From the NCBI GenBank assembly GCA_951406725.2, contig OX597818.1:31372001-31436000 (forward strand): DNA of 64,000 nucleotides, read 5' to 3'. Made by a program: the position numbers and the translations under genes. This document shows, piece after piece, positions 24,253 through 37,125 of the stretch. The notes under the pieces were generated by a model. The model had not been told where the DNA came from, ran no database searches, and worked only from the letters and a program-made list of their open reading frames with translations. Source of the DNA: Octopus vulgaris. Lineage: Eukaryota. How positions within the stretch are numbered: the first letter of the stretch is position 1; every line of letters begins with the position of its first letter.

Positions 24253-24687
24253 GTAACATATGGTGTTTGCTTTTGCATGGCAATATATAACAATTGCTTA
24301 ATATTAAATTGAAGAATTCCTCGGGATGTTTTAAGTAGAAAACATTGTTTTACAACGAAAAGTTAGAGAATGACTGCGAAGTTTCAATTTACAAGCTGTT
24401 ATTACGCTGATACACACAAACACACACAAACACATGAGTCTGATGAAGGCGAGTAAGTCACGTCCAACTCTTTTCTTGTAAATGTTTAGTAAAATTTTAT
24501 GTTTGTGTGTGTATGTGTGTGTGTGCGTGCATGTGTATGAGTGTGTGTGTGTGAATGCGTATGTTAACTTCTATTACAAATATCTATATCGTGTTTAAAT
24601 ACTTAGAATACCTTCAGGAATAACACTAAATAAATATTATTTCAAATTATACCAACTTATTCTCTCTCTTTCTCTCTCTCTCTCTCT

Positions 24688-24767
<80 letters not shown>

Positions 24768-25111
24768 ATATATGTGTGTATGTGTCTGTATATATGAATT
24801 TTTGCTTTGAATTCAGAACCAGAAGTTATATAACGACACTGAATTTTATCATCTTAAATCATCAATGAAACTGTTTTTATTTTCTTCTTCTATTTTACTA
24901 TCTTTTAAATGGCAATGTAGTTACATTTGAACAGCATTCTGGGATTTTTGAAGTAATATTTAATTAGTTTAACCGAATTTACCAAATTTGAATAATCAGC
25001 AAAGACAGACGAAATCATATACTTTCAAGTATTCTATTATCAAGACACAAATTATGATATTTAGTATCATGGTTTTGGAATAGTGGAAATAGTAATGATA
25101 ATAAAAACACA

Positions 25112-25181
25112 GTCTGTCTACCTACCTACCTACCTACCTACCTACCTATCTCCCTACCTACCTGCCTACCTGTCTATCTGC

Positions 25182-25246
<65 letters not shown>

Positions 25247-25267
25247 CATCCATCCATCCATCCATCC

Positions 25268-25307
<40 letters not shown>

Positions 25308-25374
25308 CAATCTATCTATCTATCTATCTATATATCTATCCATCTATCTATCTATCCATCTATCTATCTGTCTA

Positions 25375-25410
<36 letters not shown>
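25112..25410. repeat. Tetranucleotide microsatellite mosaic (CTAC/TATC/TCCA/TGTC)
   Basis: Directly visible. Confidence 0.95.
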
Positions 25411-25413
<3 letters not shown>

Positions 25414-25575
25414 CTCTGGCTATCTGTTTCTCTATGTGAGTATGTATATATGTATATGTATGTATACACGCGCGCGCGTGTACAGACTTATACATTATTT
25501 AAAACAATTTGATTTGGTTCTATGCGACTTAAAATTTCCCAGGCCTTTTGTTTTGTTTTGTTTGTCCACTTATTC

Positions 25576-25670
<95 letters not shown>

Positions 25671-25671
<1 letters not shown>

Positions 25672-25882
25672 GAGAGTGTACCCAAAGGTAACTGGAAACG
25701 TTCTTTGTGGGACAAGACCGTTGTAGTTCGGGCTTCTGCCGCTAGAAGCCACTCTACGCAACCTTCACTTAGCAGTCTGCCGACCGGCGTCGAACTCTCT
25801 GAGATCGTATTGCCACGTGGTGCCTCTTTATTTTGCAGTGCTTCTCCTCTGTTCATCGATATTTGCGATGTCTAAAACGAAG
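25671..25882 (+). mobile_element. Probable left end of a Tc1/mariner element
   Basis: TA followed by cgagagtgtacccaaaggtaactggaa resembles cgaggg-type mariner TIRs; no partner TIR seen. Confidence 0.35.
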
Positions 25883-26500
25883 GGACATAGTAATCCGTGG
25901 GATTACAATTGGGAGAATTAAAAGTCCAGAAATTCTCCCACATTCACATCTGATTCTTTCCAGAGGTATATATATATTTCTTTACTACCCACAAGGGGCT
26001 AAACATAGAGGGGACAAACAAGGACAGACAAAGGGATTAAGTCGATCACATCGACCCCAGTGCGAAACTGGTACTTTATTTATCGACCCCGAAAGGATGA
26101 AATGCAAAGTCGACCTCGGCGGAATTTGAACTCACAACGTAACGCCAGACGAAATACCGCTAAGCATTTCGCCCGACACGCTAACGTTTCTGCCAGCTCG
26201 CCGCCTATTCCAGAGGTATATATATATGACATTCCAGTTGTAAACCTCTCCAACATGAGTTTGGTGACAGTCTCCAGCAGATCCATATAACCGCCTGAAT
26301 TGAGCCTAAGGCCCTCTTCAAGCAAGTGGGGCGACATGACGTCCGTCTCCTGGAGGCATGCCTAAAGACCATTACAACTTTTGGCTATTTGGTTTTCATG
26401 ATACCCTTGTCACGTCTTATACCCTTTACAGTATTCTTAAAAGATTCAGTAGCATTCATGATGTCTGCATATCATCATGCAGACCCAGTGCGAATCATTA
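25883..26500 (-). pseudogene. maT/DD37D-like transposase fragment, interrupted by a SINE
   Basis: Minus strand MKTK*PKVVMVF...DVMSPHLLEEGLRLNSGGYMDLLETV...[SINE]...TSGKNQ...ENF...NSPNCNPTDYYV resembles maT transposase motifs. Confidence 0.7.
25978..26207 (-). mobile_element. SINE family B monomer with 20-bp TSD
   Basis: TSD ttccagaggtatatatatat at 25958-25977 and 26208-26227. Confidence 0.95.
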
Positions 26501-26545
26501 CGATACGGGTAACTCCTTTCCGATATTCAGATGACGTGCAGTCCC

Positions 26546-26626
26546 CAGACAGACAGATAGACAGATAGATAGATGGATAGATAGATAGATGGATAGATAG
26601 ATAGATAGATAGATAGAGATATATAG

Positions 26627-26671
<45 letters not shown>

Positions 26672-26672
26672 T

Positions 26673-26747
<75 letters not shown>
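26546..26747. repeat. (GATA)n microsatellite
   Basis: Directly visible. Confidence 0.95.
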
Positions 26748-26864
26748 TCATTATGTTCTCCACTGCTGTTGTCTGACCACAAATAGATCAAGCTATTCCT
26801 AAAAGAAAAAGGGAGACATAAAAACATCCATCAAATTTAACTCGAACATTCTATGGTATATATC

Positions 26865-27033
26865 TTTTGTCTTTTAATAGTTTCGGACATTTAACTGCGG
26901 CCATGCTGGGGCACCGACTTTGAAGAGCTTAGTCAAACAAATTGACCCCAGTACTTATTTTTAAGTCTCGTAGTTATTTTACCGGTCTCTTTTGCCGAAT
27001 CGCTAGATTACTGAAACGTAAACAAACCAACAC
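26865..27033 (-). mobile_element. SINE family A 3' part
   Basis: actgcggccatgctggggcacc...ggtctcttttgccgaa. Confidence 0.75.
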
Positions 27034-27085
27034 AAGAGTTCTATATTTAAGAGATGAGGAATTATGTACATTATTTACATCATTT

Positions 27086-27152
27086 ACATTATTTACATTC
27101 AACGGAGTTGTCCTCATCTTGAGGACAAATATCCGTCGAATGTAAATAATGT
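27086..27152. repeat. Imperfect inverted repeat (arms of about 31 bp)
   Basis: acattatttacattcaacggagttgtcctca-tct-tgaggacaaatatccgtcgaatgtaaataatgt. Confidence 0.8.
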
Positions 27153-27409
27153 CCTCAATAAATATTTAAATAATATAAATGTAAATAATATAAATATAAG
27201 TTGGGAAGCTTTGGTAGGGGACTAACATGCTATAAACACGCAAAATATATGTAAATGTAAGGATAAGCAAGTTAGGCAAGTCGATATTCAAAAAATATGA
27301 AATGCATTTAATACAAAATATGTGCATACGCTTACATATAAAAAGGTCCGACGTACACAGAATCGAAATGATATCAGGAATTAAAGGGATTGAATAAAAG
27401 TTTTACGAG

Positions 27410-27500
27410 CCCAACAGCTGTTTCTGGGGACTTGGTGATCCAGAATAATGATTATAAATTGATTCCATCCTCGGATAATACCAGGCTCTGTCTTCAGGGA
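27410..27500 (-). ncRNA. Degenerate type I hammerhead with long stem II
   Basis: Minus strand TCC-CTGAAGA-[66 nt, partially paired]-GAAAC-AGCT-GTT/GGG; core and palindromic loop 3 intact, base of stem II decayed. Confidence 0.5.
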
Positions 27501-27550
27501 AGAATTTTACAGGTGTTGACAGAAAGGAGATTAAAGATATATGTGTGTGT

Positions 27551-27596
<46 letters not shown>

Positions 27597-27600
<4 letters not shown>

Positions 27601-27906
27601 AGGCGCAATTGCTCACTGGTTAGGGCACGGACTCGCGGTTGTAGGATCACGGTTTCGATTCCCAGACCGGGCGTTGTGAGTGTTTATTGAGTGAAAACAC
27701 GTAAAGCTCCACGAGGATTCGGCAGGGTTGGGGTGAGGTGGCGATTCCTGCCGTATTCTTTTACCACAACTTTCTCTCACTCTTTCTTCTGTTGGCCTGC
27801 TCGCTTAGCCAGCGGGGTGGCGTTATTTGAAGGCTAAAACAATGCGAAGCACATTGTGACCAGCGATGTGTAGCAATATCTGATAGCCTGGTCGGTCACG
27901 GTGATA
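27597..27906 (+). mobile_element. SINE family C, tail type 2
   Basis: Same head and body as 18238, with a different tail (ggcctgctcgcttagccagcgggg...ggtcacggtgata). Confidence 0.88.
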
Positions 27907-28042
27907 TATATATATATATTTCCCAACCGGCATTGCAGTTAATTGTAAAAGAATTGTTTGAGCTGCAGATCATAGTTGAACAACGTTGATAAACTTCACG
28001 TCGGGTATCATAATTAATTTTAATTTGATTTCAGTTTCAGTA

Positions 28043-28207
28043 TATCAAATCCACTCACAAGGTTGTGGTTAGCTCGAGGCCACAGTACAAGACACTTGCC
28101 CAAAGTGACGCTCGCTGGGATTGAGAAGTGACACTCAGTGGGACAAAAAAACCGACGCTCATGAATGGCTAAGTAAACTTCTGGAGCACACAGCTACGAC
28201 TGCACCT
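28043..28207 (-). mobile_element. SINE family A 5' part, degenerate
   Basis: caaatccactcacaagg...gacacttgcccaaag. Confidence 0.65.
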
Positions 28208-29340
28208 ACACACACACACACACACACACAGACACACAAACACACACACACATACACACACACACAGACACACACACAGACACACAAATACACACACATA
28301 CACACACACGCGCACACGCACAGTCACACACACAAACACACACACACAAAAACGCACACACATATACACGCACAAATACACACACATACACGCACGTACG
28401 CAGACACTCACACGCAAGCACGCACATATACACGCATGCGCACGTGTATCAAGTCCGAATAGTTATACATTTCATTGCCTGTACGTACTCACCATTTTTA
28501 TGAAGACACTTAAATGTACACACATACGCACACACGCACGCACGCACGCACACACACTCACACACACATCACACAGAGGCTGAATTGATTACTTTCACAT
28601 ATAATTGATGGGTTGCAAATTAGATAATAGCAAAACATGGAACATCATTCAACATACATTGTTTACTTAAAGTCGTTTACAGACATGTAAAGCAGTGGGA
28701 AGGCTGCCGCTCTGCTTTGATCGTTCCAAGAGATGTCTTCGCAGAATCGAGACCTTGCAGTTTTCGTTTGCCGCGAAGTAATATAATTATAAATGTATCT
28801 ATTGGTCCCTGGCTGCTGTGAAGATATGATGCTTAGCTTGAGTTTCATGCCGTTAAGCAAATCAAATTTTAATTGCCCCTACAAAACCTCGATATAACCC
28901 AATCCTCGATACCCGGTATGTTATCCCTAGTAATTTGGTACCTGCTATCTGTTGACAGTAAGCGTTTTGAATGCCATGTACACATCAGATAAGTATATTT
29001 AAACCGATTGTAAGTACCGGGAAATCCTTCGGTATTGGTAGACAGCATCATTCATCTGCATGACCTTTTCTTATGGGAAGTGTAGGCTGAAAAAGAGGGG
29101 GATTGACGTCGTCTCCTCCTACCGACACTCTATATCAATACCAAAGGATCTCCAAGAACCATTCTACACGCACATACATACACACATACATACATGCATG
29201 CACTCACTCATCCATCCATCCATCCATCCATTCATGCATACATACATGTATACATACATGTATACATACATGCATACATACATACATATACATACATACA
29301 TACATACATACATACATACATACATGCATACATACATACA

Positions 29341-30770
29341 ACCTCTCTGCATTTAATAAAATAGTGGCCCACAATGTGTTTGTAGTGCCAGTACTCATAC
29401 CAACACTTGGGCTAATTAATTGGACGCTTGATGAGATCCGAGCCATTGATGTGAAAACCCGAAAAATACTAACAAGCAAACATAATTTTAACATAAACAG
29501 TGACGTAGACCGCCTCTACCTAAAGCGAAAACAATGTGACGGAGGTTTAACATCGGAAACATCTTTTAACCTCCAAGTGTCGAAGTGCATCCCTTGACCA
29601 AGTTTGCATACACGAGGCTGATGACATCATAAGACTTGGAAGGCAGCTCCTTGAGCAACACTCTTTGTCTAAAAACCTAGAGTACATGCCCAAAGAAGTC
29701 GCTCGATTCTACCGCAATGTTTCATCAGATGAAAGGATGAGTCTATATAAGCAGAAGACTATGCATGGATATGTTACTAGAAAGCTCCGTGGTGATAGTA
29801 ACATCGATCACTAATGCAGTTTATCATGGACTAATAGCTGGATTACTACCTTTCACTTTGAAAGGTATGCGTTCGCAATCCAGGAACAGGAAATAGCAAC
29901 CAAGTACCTGATGCACAAAAGGGATAAAGATGCTGGAAAAACCGTAAAATGTGACAACCGGTGCAGTCTTTGTGGAGTTCACATTGAAGATATTACACAC
30001 ATCATAAGCAGTTTGTCCGAAAATGTCATCACAGTAATATCTACCGATGAGGCATGACGTTGTAGCTAGGAGACGCTATAATGAAATCTGTCGGAAGGAT
30101 AATCCCGAGGACAAAGAAATAAGAACACACGATATGGTAGAAGCCATAGCTACTCATAATAAAAAGGAATAGTGGTGAATGTACCAGTGAAGACCTTGAT
30201 AAAATGTAAGCACAACATACCTGATATAATTATTATGGATAGAGAAGAGAAACTGCGCACAATTGTTGAAATTAGCTACCCAACGGATGTTGACATAAAG
30301 CTGGAGAGAAAAACTTATGCTGAACTATTGAGAAATCTTCAGTTACTCTATCCAGATTACAAGTTCAGGTTAATACCTGTAATTATTGGGGTCCTGGGAT
30401 ACTGAACACACTGCCTAAATACCAATCTTGACAAATTAGGCTTCTCAAAACCAGAAAGGAGAAAGCTAATTCGAAGACTACAGATCCAATCCATCACTGG
30501 AACTGTAAAAAATCTGTAGAACTTTCCAGAAATTTATCATTTAAGTATAAATGAGAATGTCTATATATGCAACTATATGCATGAGAATACATACCTAAAA
30601 CATACAAATCTGCACATACATACATACATACATACATACATACATACATACATACATACATACATACATACATACATACATACCCTGTTGTTGATGTTGA
30701 AATTCCAATGAAGGTTAGAAACCGGTTCTTTCTCTATTGGCAATAAATCTTGAAATAAACTGAATAATGA
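29341..30770 (+). mobile_element. 5'-truncated R4-like (RLE) LINE flanked by (CATA)n
   Basis: NKIVAHN...WTLDEIRAIDVKTRK...SDVDRLY, MHG, AIQEQEIAT, CSLC...HI..CP zinc knuckle, RHDVV, PDIII...EIS RLE motif; several stops and frameshifts. Confidence 0.9.
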
Positions 30771-31418
30771 CATACATACATACACACTTAAAAGCATGAA
30801 ATATTGCACATGTACATAAACATACGAATTTCTTTAAAGGCTTATCTCGGAGGACTCTGTCATAGACCGTGAAATATTTCAGGGCATTCATGATTTGAGA
30901 AATAGGAAGATATCAGCATACCAGATATCTTTTGGTAACAGAGTATAATCCACTCAAAAGACCTGTATCTGAGTTTAATTCTTATTATAAAAACATTTTC
31001 AAATTTCCTTTATTAGTTTTATATGTTTAGCGTAGAACAATAGCCTAATATTTCAAAGCTTACTCCGTTTCCTTCTCTGAACAGAATGATGATAGTGGTT
31101 CATTGTTGGTGCTTTGTAATAAGCAGCAATAGCTCATGAGAATGAAGATGTAACTGATAACATCACCATTGCCAGGCATTTTATCGGTTAAGTCTTAGTA
31201 ACTTTCATATGTTATTTTATGTGAATTGCACTTGAGTGTTGATACATTTTATCATTTTATCATTTTATATCACTTAATGTGATATCTATGCAATATTATT
31301 ATGCATATAGTCTTTATATACAATATTCAAAAGGAAAACAATTTCTTGAGTAAGTTGGCACACGTCCACACTTGTGTTTCACTATGCACTAATTAATGCG
31401 CCATTTCCAATACAATGG

Positions 31419-31462
<44 letters not shown>

Positions 31463-31469
31463 CATACAC

Positions 31470-31662
31470 ACACACACCACTGTTTGATAACCGGTATTGG
31501 TGTGTTTACGTCCACGTAAACTAGCGGTTCGGCAAAACAGATTGATAGAATGAGTGCAACACTTAAAATAAAAGTAAGCACTAGGATCGATCCATTCGAC
31601 TAAAAATTCCTCAAAGCGGTGCCTCAGCATGGCCGCAGTCAAAATGACTGAAACAAGTGAAT
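31470..31662 (+). mobile_element. SINE family A 3' half
   Basis: ggtgtgtttacgtcc...gcggttcggcaaaa...catggccgcagtcaaaatgactgaaacaag. Confidence 0.8.
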
Positions 31663-32174
31663 ATCAAAAAATTGTGTACATATATCTTCCACGTGACCGG
31701 TGTCCAGCCAGCCATGATCTTTTTTTCTTGGCCTGACTGCGACCGTCAATACCGCTTGTGTCCATCTCCCATGTTCCTGCCTTTAGGCTTTCACTCCATA
31801 CACGCCAGCTCGATTTGATTCGTTCTCAGCCGAAAGACGCCTGTTGTTATTTCTTGTTGTTTGTATTCGTAATTGTGTACCATGTTCTCCGTTTACTTTT
31901 TTTTGTTTATTTGTTTTTTGTCTTTGTTACCGTACACATTCGCTAGCTTTCTTACAAAGAGGTCTAATGCTCTTAGACTTTTTCTGGAGGCAACCAGATC
32001 AAACCATCTCAAGTATAACTGTTCGAAATGGTCGTGACTTCTGGGACTTGATTGATGAAAGAAAGCCAAGAATGACCCGTCTATTTTTTGCCTGTTCTTA
32101 ATTGTTGTCTCTCTTGTCCGCCTTTTTATCGTCTATCTGTCCGAACATTTTAATGCCCTCTATTGCGTCTTTGT

Positions 32175-32223
<49 letters not shown>

Positions 32224-32490
32224 GTTGTTTGTTCCTTATCGAGCAACGCTTGGCTCATAGGGCCGGTTTCCCGGTTTCATTGGCGTATAGGTTCCCCACC
32301 TGGACGGGACGCCGGTCCGTCGCGGGTGAGCTGCAAGATGCAGAAGGAAAGAGTGAGAGAAAGTTGTGGCGAAAGTTCGCCAATACCTTCTGCCGGAGCC
32401 GCGTTGGAGCTTAGGTGTTCCGCTCATAAACACGCACATCACCCGGTCTGCGATTCGAACCCGCGATCCCTCGACCGTGAGTCCGCTGCT
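32224..32490 (-). mobile_element. SINE family C, tail type 3, 5'-truncated
   Basis: Reverse complement of 46938-47243. Confidence 0.88.
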
Positions 32491-33090
32491 ATATATAATG
32501 TATGTATTATGCATATGTACATACATACACACATACACACACGCGCGCATGTCTGATAGTGGGACCGTTGTCACTGCTGATGCTTGCGGCAGTACTGATA
32601 CCCGTAGTGTGTGACTGCTGATTGTAGTTAGCGGCAGATCTGCCGTTTTCTTGATACCTTTCATATACTGATTACCTACCACGTAGGGAGCCGTTTTAAA
32701 GATAGTAATTATCGTCTATAGACCAAATGGGCCTACAGAAGCCACACACGGTACTGAAAATACATGTTTCTCTTGCTTTATCTTTCTCTGTATATGTATG
32801 TGAGTCACAGCAACGATGACGTTCCTCTCGCTTCTGTATATATTGTATTTTTAATACAAATCTATGGAGAGATTTTATCTCAGATAATTCTAGAGCCTCC
32901 TACTTTCCAACGGTGTATATACGTAAGCACGAGATCGACAATTGAGATGATGGTGTACACAATTAAATCCACACGATCACTTAGCTGTTAAAATGTTTCA
33001 CTGATTCCTGAAGAATGGAAGGCAATGTCTTCAGTGGGGGTATTTAAAGAAAGAACGGAAAATAATGCGAATTATAAGGAATTTCAATCG

Positions 33091-33449
33091 TTACTCATTT
33101 ACTCTTTTACTTGTTTCAGTTATTTGACTGCGGTAATCGATCCCCGGGCATTATTCTTCGTAAGCCTAGGACTTATTCTATCGGCTTCTTTTGCCGAACC
33201 GCTAGGTTACGGGAACGTAAACACACCAACATCGGTCATCAAACGATGGTTGGCGGACAAACACACAAATATTTTTATATATATACGACGGGTTTCTTTC
33301 TGTTTCCGTCTACTAAATCTACTCACAAGGCTTTAGTCGGCCCGAGGCTATAGTATAGGACACTTTCCCAAGATGCCACGTAGTGAGACTGAACCCGGAA
33401 CCATGTGGTGTGGCTGGGAAGCAAGCTTCTTACCACACAGCCACGCCTG
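33091..33449 (-). mobile_element. SINE family A, near full length
   Basis: Colinear with the other family A copies. Confidence 0.88.
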
Positions 33450-33966
33450 ATGACGATAAAAATTAAAGCGTAATGATCAGAAACCTATCGTTAATACAAT
33501 GTTTCGTTCTTTGCATGAGTTATTGTTGTTGTTAATGTCATTGTGTAGCTTCTAGTCAGCCCTGATTGAGTAAACATCTCATCAAAGTTCTTCAGGCCAT
33601 AACCATCTGTCATTTTTCTGCTTTTTTTCTGTTACTTTTAGAAATACTTCAATGTAGACCACACAAACCGATGCTTTCTTATACAGTAAGTTAAGGTATG
33701 GTAAGGTGTGGTTTAAGGGGAATTTTACTGCTATTTCTAGCAAGTTGCATAATCTTTCAGAGACTCCCTCTTTCATTAGACGTGAACTGATTTCCTTTTC
33801 AGTGTGTCTTTAACATCCTAAAATAGGAAAGGTGGAACTCTGAGTGAAAACATTTCGGCGACTGAATCAATCTCGCTACATTATTGTTAATATTAACACA
33901 GCCAATATTATATTATGTTCAACATGATCCTGATCATTACATATCATTACATATTCATTGAATATC

Positions 33967-34190
33967 TGTTTCTTTATTACACACAAGGGGCTAAACATAG
34001 AGGGGACAGACAAACGGATTAAGTCGATTACATCGACCCCAGTGCGTAACTGGTACTTAATTTATCGACCCCGAAAGGATGAAAGGCAAAGTCGACCTCG
34101 GCGGAATTCGAACTCAGAACGTAACGGCAGAAGAAATACGGCTTCGCATTTCGCCTGGCGTGCTAACGATTCTGTCAGCTCACCGCCTTT
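33967..34190 (-). mobile_element. SINE family B monomer with 9-bp TSD
   Basis: TSD ttgaatatc at 33958-33966 and 34191-34199. Confidence 0.9.
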
Positions 34191-34819
34191 TTGAATATCA
34201 TCATGATATTATATATGGATCAAACAACATTTATTTGTGTATTCATTCAGAGCATGATAAACACGATATGCCCGTGAGAGGCTCTTGTGATCCGGTACTT
34301 AAAATTATTAGATTTTTCCATTTTCGCCGAAATTTTGATACGCAATTATGTCGTTAGATGCACAGAGATACTTAAAGCTGAATTTATTATCACATCAAAT
34401 CTACTAAAAGGGTCCTTTCAGTTTCTGGTGACCTTTTTGGTGTCTGTCTGAAAATAATTATAGAAGTTTCTCCCCATTTTACCACTATTTGATTCGATAA
34501 AAATTAAACCGGGATATATAATAGTATCTCACAGTGAGAGATAAATTTTGATAACGAGAAATATACTTTCGTACAATTTACAAAGTATATTATTTGAACA
34601 GATTGATAACCGATACGCGCAAGATAGAATCTGTTTGGTGCTGTTAACGATCCCGTATATTCTTCTTCGTTCGAAAAGGTGTGAAGTCGATAATACATGT
34701 GTCGTATGATGTTCGTCAGAGATATAGCTTCGGACTTTAACAACATCTTTCAAACGACATAATAGACATACCTGCGACCAAACTTTACTACATAAACATA
34801 AACCAACATACATAGTAAT

Positions 34820-34971
34820 GGGCGTAGGAGTGGCTAACATAGGCGAACCACTTAGTTCCGGGTTCAGTCCCACTGCATGGCACCTTCGGCAAGTGTCTTC
34901 TACTATAGCCTCGGGCCGACCCAAGCCTTGTGAGTGGATTTAGTAGACGGAAACTGAAAGAAGCCTGTCGT

Positions 34972-35033
<62 letters not shown>

Positions 35034-35226
35034 TTATGTGTCTGTGTTTGTCTCCCCAACATCGCTTGACAACCGATGGCGGTGTGTTTATGTCCCCGTA
35101 ACTTAGCGGTTCGGCAAAAGAAATCCATGGAATAAGTACTAGGCTTACAAGAATATGTAGGGGTCGACTAAAGGTGGTGCTCCGGCATGGCCACAGTCAA
35201 ATGACTGAAACAAGTAAAAGAGAGTG
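34820..35226 (+). mobile_element. SINE family A, full length
   Basis: ggcgtaggagtggct head, gggttcagtccc B box, internal (TA)(TG)n, gaaacaagtaaaagag tail. Confidence 0.9.
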
Positions 35227-35271
<45 letters not shown>

Positions 35272-36984
35272 GTAATAATAATACTAATAAATACAGATAT
35301 TCACCAACATTCTGAAATCACGAACTACCAAAAAAATTTGGCTTTACCAGAAGCCGTCGTTTGTATCTGTCCTACCACGGCTACCACTCCCACCGTACAC
35401 CAAAACCACACAGCACAATTAAATAGTATCACGCACACGAGTGATTGAATACATACATATAATACAATTATACAGTAATTCAAGCCAAAAGCAAACACAC
35501 CCATCATCTAGTTTACCCATCATCATTATCATCATCATCATCACCAAACACAGATACATTTAAGCACCACCCTCACCAAACGTAATCATACATATATACC
35601 CAATAATGTTAGTAGATACCATCGCTGTATACGTTACAGAGCAAACAGCGCTCAGATAAAACTTTCGTTCAAGACCATTTAATGCGTACATGACATGAAG
35701 AAGATGTCTAAATGCTCATAGCAGAGATTGGAGATATTTCCCATCTGGAAACGGATCTTAATTAAAATCTTTAAATTTTTGCTGTTAATTGTAAAGAAGA
35801 ATTGTTTCAGCTGCAGACTATAGTTGAACCTCGCTGATAAACTTCTAGTCGGGTATCATACATTATTTTAAATTGATTTAATTTCATATTATCCTTTAGC
35901 CGAAGGTCAGTCAGTGGAAAATGATATATAAAAGCTCACTATTGTCTGTTGTTTATCGCTAGATTTCGAACAAGGCTAATTTTAGTAAATAGTTCTATTC
36001 AAGAGCGACCGAGAGAAGAAGGCCCGAGAAGAAATGGCCATTTAATAGTATCTTAAACTAATTAAACATACACCAATCTAACTATAAATAAGAAGTCTGC
36101 GAGAATTTCTGATATGATGGATAATAGATTTGTTATACAGACAATGACACACAACAGCAAAAGATATGCTCTGGCACGTGCGAATCTATTTCTAGAATTT
36201 TGCTTAGCAGTTTATGGTAAGTATTCAGCTAAGTTCATTTACATATACATAGCGATTAGGCATAAACAGAGACATATGTACATACATCAAAACAAGTAAC
36301 AGGCGATCAGCTACTGGGAAAAGCAAACTTCTATAGCAATAAAATATTTTTAATAGAAAAATAAGAAAAACACTAATATGATAAATATAAAATATAACTT
36401 ATGTCATTGCATAATACAAGTTTCTTTCAATAAGACATTCACTAATCCAAAATAAATACATTAATAAATAAACTTATATGGCTCTAAGCATCTTCATAAA
36501 TCTCGCAAAACGAACAAAATTAAACATATCATATTCCATATTGATCAGTGTGACCAGTTATAAGATACAGTTATTAAATATTCTAAAATTAATGATAAAT
36601 ATTTTGTTGTATCACGAGAGTCATTATACCGATAATTAACACACGAGCTGGATCTATTCAATTTTTTTTATTATAATTATTATCAGTCAGTTCATTAACA
36701 TTTAGCCACTTAACTAATCGAGTTGGTTAAATGTTAACGAATCGACTACCCATGAGATACAATTCGCAGTCTATGATATGAGTCAGTATATCAAAATATT
36801 TATGGTATCTAACGATAAAGACAACGCCAAAGCCAGGGAACATTTCTGCGAATGTACATGCGACCATGGTTACAATCATGCTTTGACATCGTCTGCAGGA
36901 ATTTAGTGGTTCCTGTTGACCCACGCACTCAATTTAGCCAATTATTTATTCCATCACTTTCAATTTACCGACCAGTTTAATATT

Positions 36985-37125
36985 AGTTTCAAATTTTGGT
37001 AAAATGCCCACAATTGTGACGGAGATAGCAAGTCGATTATATTACCCCCCCCCCTCCGGCCCCAGTGCTCGACTGGTACTTATCTTATCGATCCCGAAGG
37101 GCGAAAGGCTAAGTCGACCTCGGCA
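36985..37125 (-). mobile_element. SINE family B fragment
   Basis: gactggtacttatcttatcgatcccgaagg...aagtcgacctcggc. Confidence 0.7.

Noticed and set aside
28860-29160. Possible highly decayed RT on the minus strand (GD..NPLFFSL, GLNI)
   Set aside because: Motif similarity too weak to support without a search
30704-30730. CCAATGAAGG...GAAACCGGT in the LINE 3' UTR
   Set aside because: Core deviates at two invariant positions and lacks stem II
32985-33040. Minus-strand CTGAAGA-CATTG...CAGT-GAAAC
   Set aside because: Stem II is marginal, and stems I and III cannot be formed
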